A DNA stretch of 64,000 nt from Macrostomum hystrix. Lineage: Eukaryota; Animalia; Platyhelminthes. Positions 62,601 to 64,000 of the stretch are shown here, one piece after another. Position numbers and translations under genes: made by a program. The number at the start of each line of letters is the position of its first letter. The first letter of the stretch is position 1. The stretch covers positions 32,178,001 through 32,242,000 of the forward strand of contig CATNEN010000038.1 in the NCBI GenBank assembly GCA_950097015.1, in the 5' to 3' direction. The notes below the pieces were generated by a model that had not been told where the DNA came from, searched no databases, and saw nothing but the letters and a program-made list of their open reading frames with translations.

Positions 62601-63784
62601 AGACAATGTCGGCTACGAATGAGACGGCGATCACTACGGCGTCGACAACCTGGGCGAGGAAAAAACAAATTGTTTTGTTATAATAACTTCCAGTTTTTAT
62701 AATCGTAGGTTTTTAAGCAAGCAAATTTTCAGTTCAGGTTTTTACTGATTTGTACTTTAATGATTCTGTACTTTATAAGTCCCGCTGTTGAGCCTACAGC
62801 CTGTCTTCCCTATGCTTAAATTCCCATCTCTAGTATTGAATTTCTAGCATTGTCAATTTTCAACATTGTCATGGTAAAAGAAATCGATTCTCACCTCGAA
62901 TTTGTCGCGCAGGAAGCCCCGACCCAGGCAGACAATTTTGAGTGCCACCTCGGTGACGAACAGAGCGAGTATGGCTATGCTAACGCAGTGCAGAACACCC
63001 GAGACTGCGTGCAGCACCCTGGCGTGGCTGTAGTCATGGTGGAAGCTGCTGAACAGCGACCTGGCCCCGTTGCCGGCAGCAGGCAATGCCGCGCGCCTAT
63101 TGGCCGGCCTGTCAACCGACAATTGATTGACAGGTTCTGGACAGCCGGCGCTGATGTTGCCAGCCGAAGCCAGGGCTGTCACCACCGCGTTCATACCGGA
63201 GGCCAGCTTCTCGGCGAATTGCGGCGCCGCCAGAAGCTGCGGCGAGAAGTCCGGCAGGAGTAGGCCGCGCCTGGCCAGCTCGGCGGCGAAGCTGGCGTTG
63301 ACGAAGGTGGCCGTGCGGACAAACGCTGACTCCAGCTCTTGCTTCTCGCCTGGATGTTCGCGGGGTTCGAGAATGTGTGAGGGGATAAGTAATAAAAATA
63401 ATTGCAGGAGGGCTGCGGGCAATGGCGCATCGTTTGGTGACACTAGACCCGCAGCCATCGAGGAGGCAATTCTGCCCTTTCCGCTGACTCCTGAGCACAC
63501 GTTCACACAGGTGTGTGAATCTCAGCCCGTTCGGATATAAATATACATCCGAACATCTGGCCCAATTGGTGTTGGTGTCATCATTTCTAAATCTAAAGCT
63601 TAATTCTTTGCTGTTTTTTTTCGCTAAAAAAAGTTGTGAGAAATTTTCGTCACTCTTACTGTTCAGTGCCTTGATCTCCAGTATGATCTCGGCGATGACA
63701 AGGACTGCGTCGATAAGCACCAGTGCACATAAGACTATTTGCGCCGCATTGGACCTGATGCACTGCAGCAGCCTCTGCTTCCAA
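56629..63784 (-). CDS. Voltage-gated proton channel (Hv/HVCN family) with LxWRxxR S4; 5' exon(s) probably outside the window
   Basis: Exons 63784-63660 (S1 CALVLIDAVLVIAEIILEIK), 63349-62895 (long loop + S2 SIAILALFVTEVALK), 62649-62526 (S3-S4 VVDAVVIAVSFVADIV..LFLLWRIVRVING), 59055-58940, 57912-57834, 57533-57175 and 56736-56629. Phases are consistent; the last three joins are less certain. Confidence 0.85.
56790..57158. repeat. 20-bp minisatellite (GTGTCTAACAGGTTGGAGCA), intronic
   Basis: Directly visible; degenerate on the left. Confidence 0.93.
58080..58925. repeat. 12/24-bp minisatellite (CTAGCTACGATTCCAGATACGATT), intronic
   Basis: Directly visible. Confidence 0.93.
60147..62436. repeat. 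24-bp minisatellite (CTAGCTACGATTCCAGATACGGTT), intronic
   Basis: About 95 units; same family as 58080-58925. Confidence 0.97.
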
Positions 63785-63851
63785 CTGCGAGGGCGATAGT
63801 GATTGGTTGCATTTTTTCTGAGTAACCCCCTCACTCCAAAACAATTCGCTT

Positions 63852-64000
63852 ACACCCACCTCACTCCTAGATAGCCTAGAATTCACAACCACCTCATTCC
63901 CAGCTGGCCTAGAATTCACACCCACCTCACTCCCAGCTGGCCTAGAATTCACACCCACCCCACTCCCAGCCAGCCTAGAATTCACACCCATCTCACACTC
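63852..64000. repeat. 33-bp minisatellite (CTAGAATTCACACCCACCTCACTCCCAGCTGGC)
   Basis: About 4 units running to the window edge. Confidence 0.9.

Noticed and set aside
63112-63834. 240-aa ORF as a continuous protein
   Set aside because: It reads through an intron containing a SINE fragment; only 63784-63660 is the Hv S1 exon.

Overview
Eukaryotic, intron-containing animal DNA. The minisatellite-filled introns and CAG-rich exons suggest a Macrostomum-like flatworm, but that assignment is inference only. Host genes built by hand from splice signals are GPSM/LGN-Pins (minus), an intronless and much shortened glypican-like GPI protein, NCOA5, glyoxalase I, two C-type lectin+PAN paralogues, an EF-hand calmodulin-like gene, and an Hv-type proton channel whose S4 reads LxWRxxR. 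The most striking structure is about 17 kb of the 18-kb first intron of NCOA5. It holds two tandem, related, decayed Crypton-like units with spliced genes, one retaining a tyrosine-recombinase C-terminus. Each unit is bordered by the same 17-bp GACA-rich repeat, and they share a terminal sequence and a repeated TTAGGTGGACC-type motif. Their cargo is an LTR-less Gypsy fragment, a spliced chromodomain missed by the ORF track, and a 6-kb, 244-bp satellite carrying the terminal motif in most subunits. The rest of the window has two mariners, two IS630/Tc1-like DD33E elements (one intact), Merlin and THAP remnants, MITEs, tRNA-derived SINEs and many 20-33 bp minisatellites whose long ORFs are artefacts. 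All homology calls come from motif recognition, not database searches.
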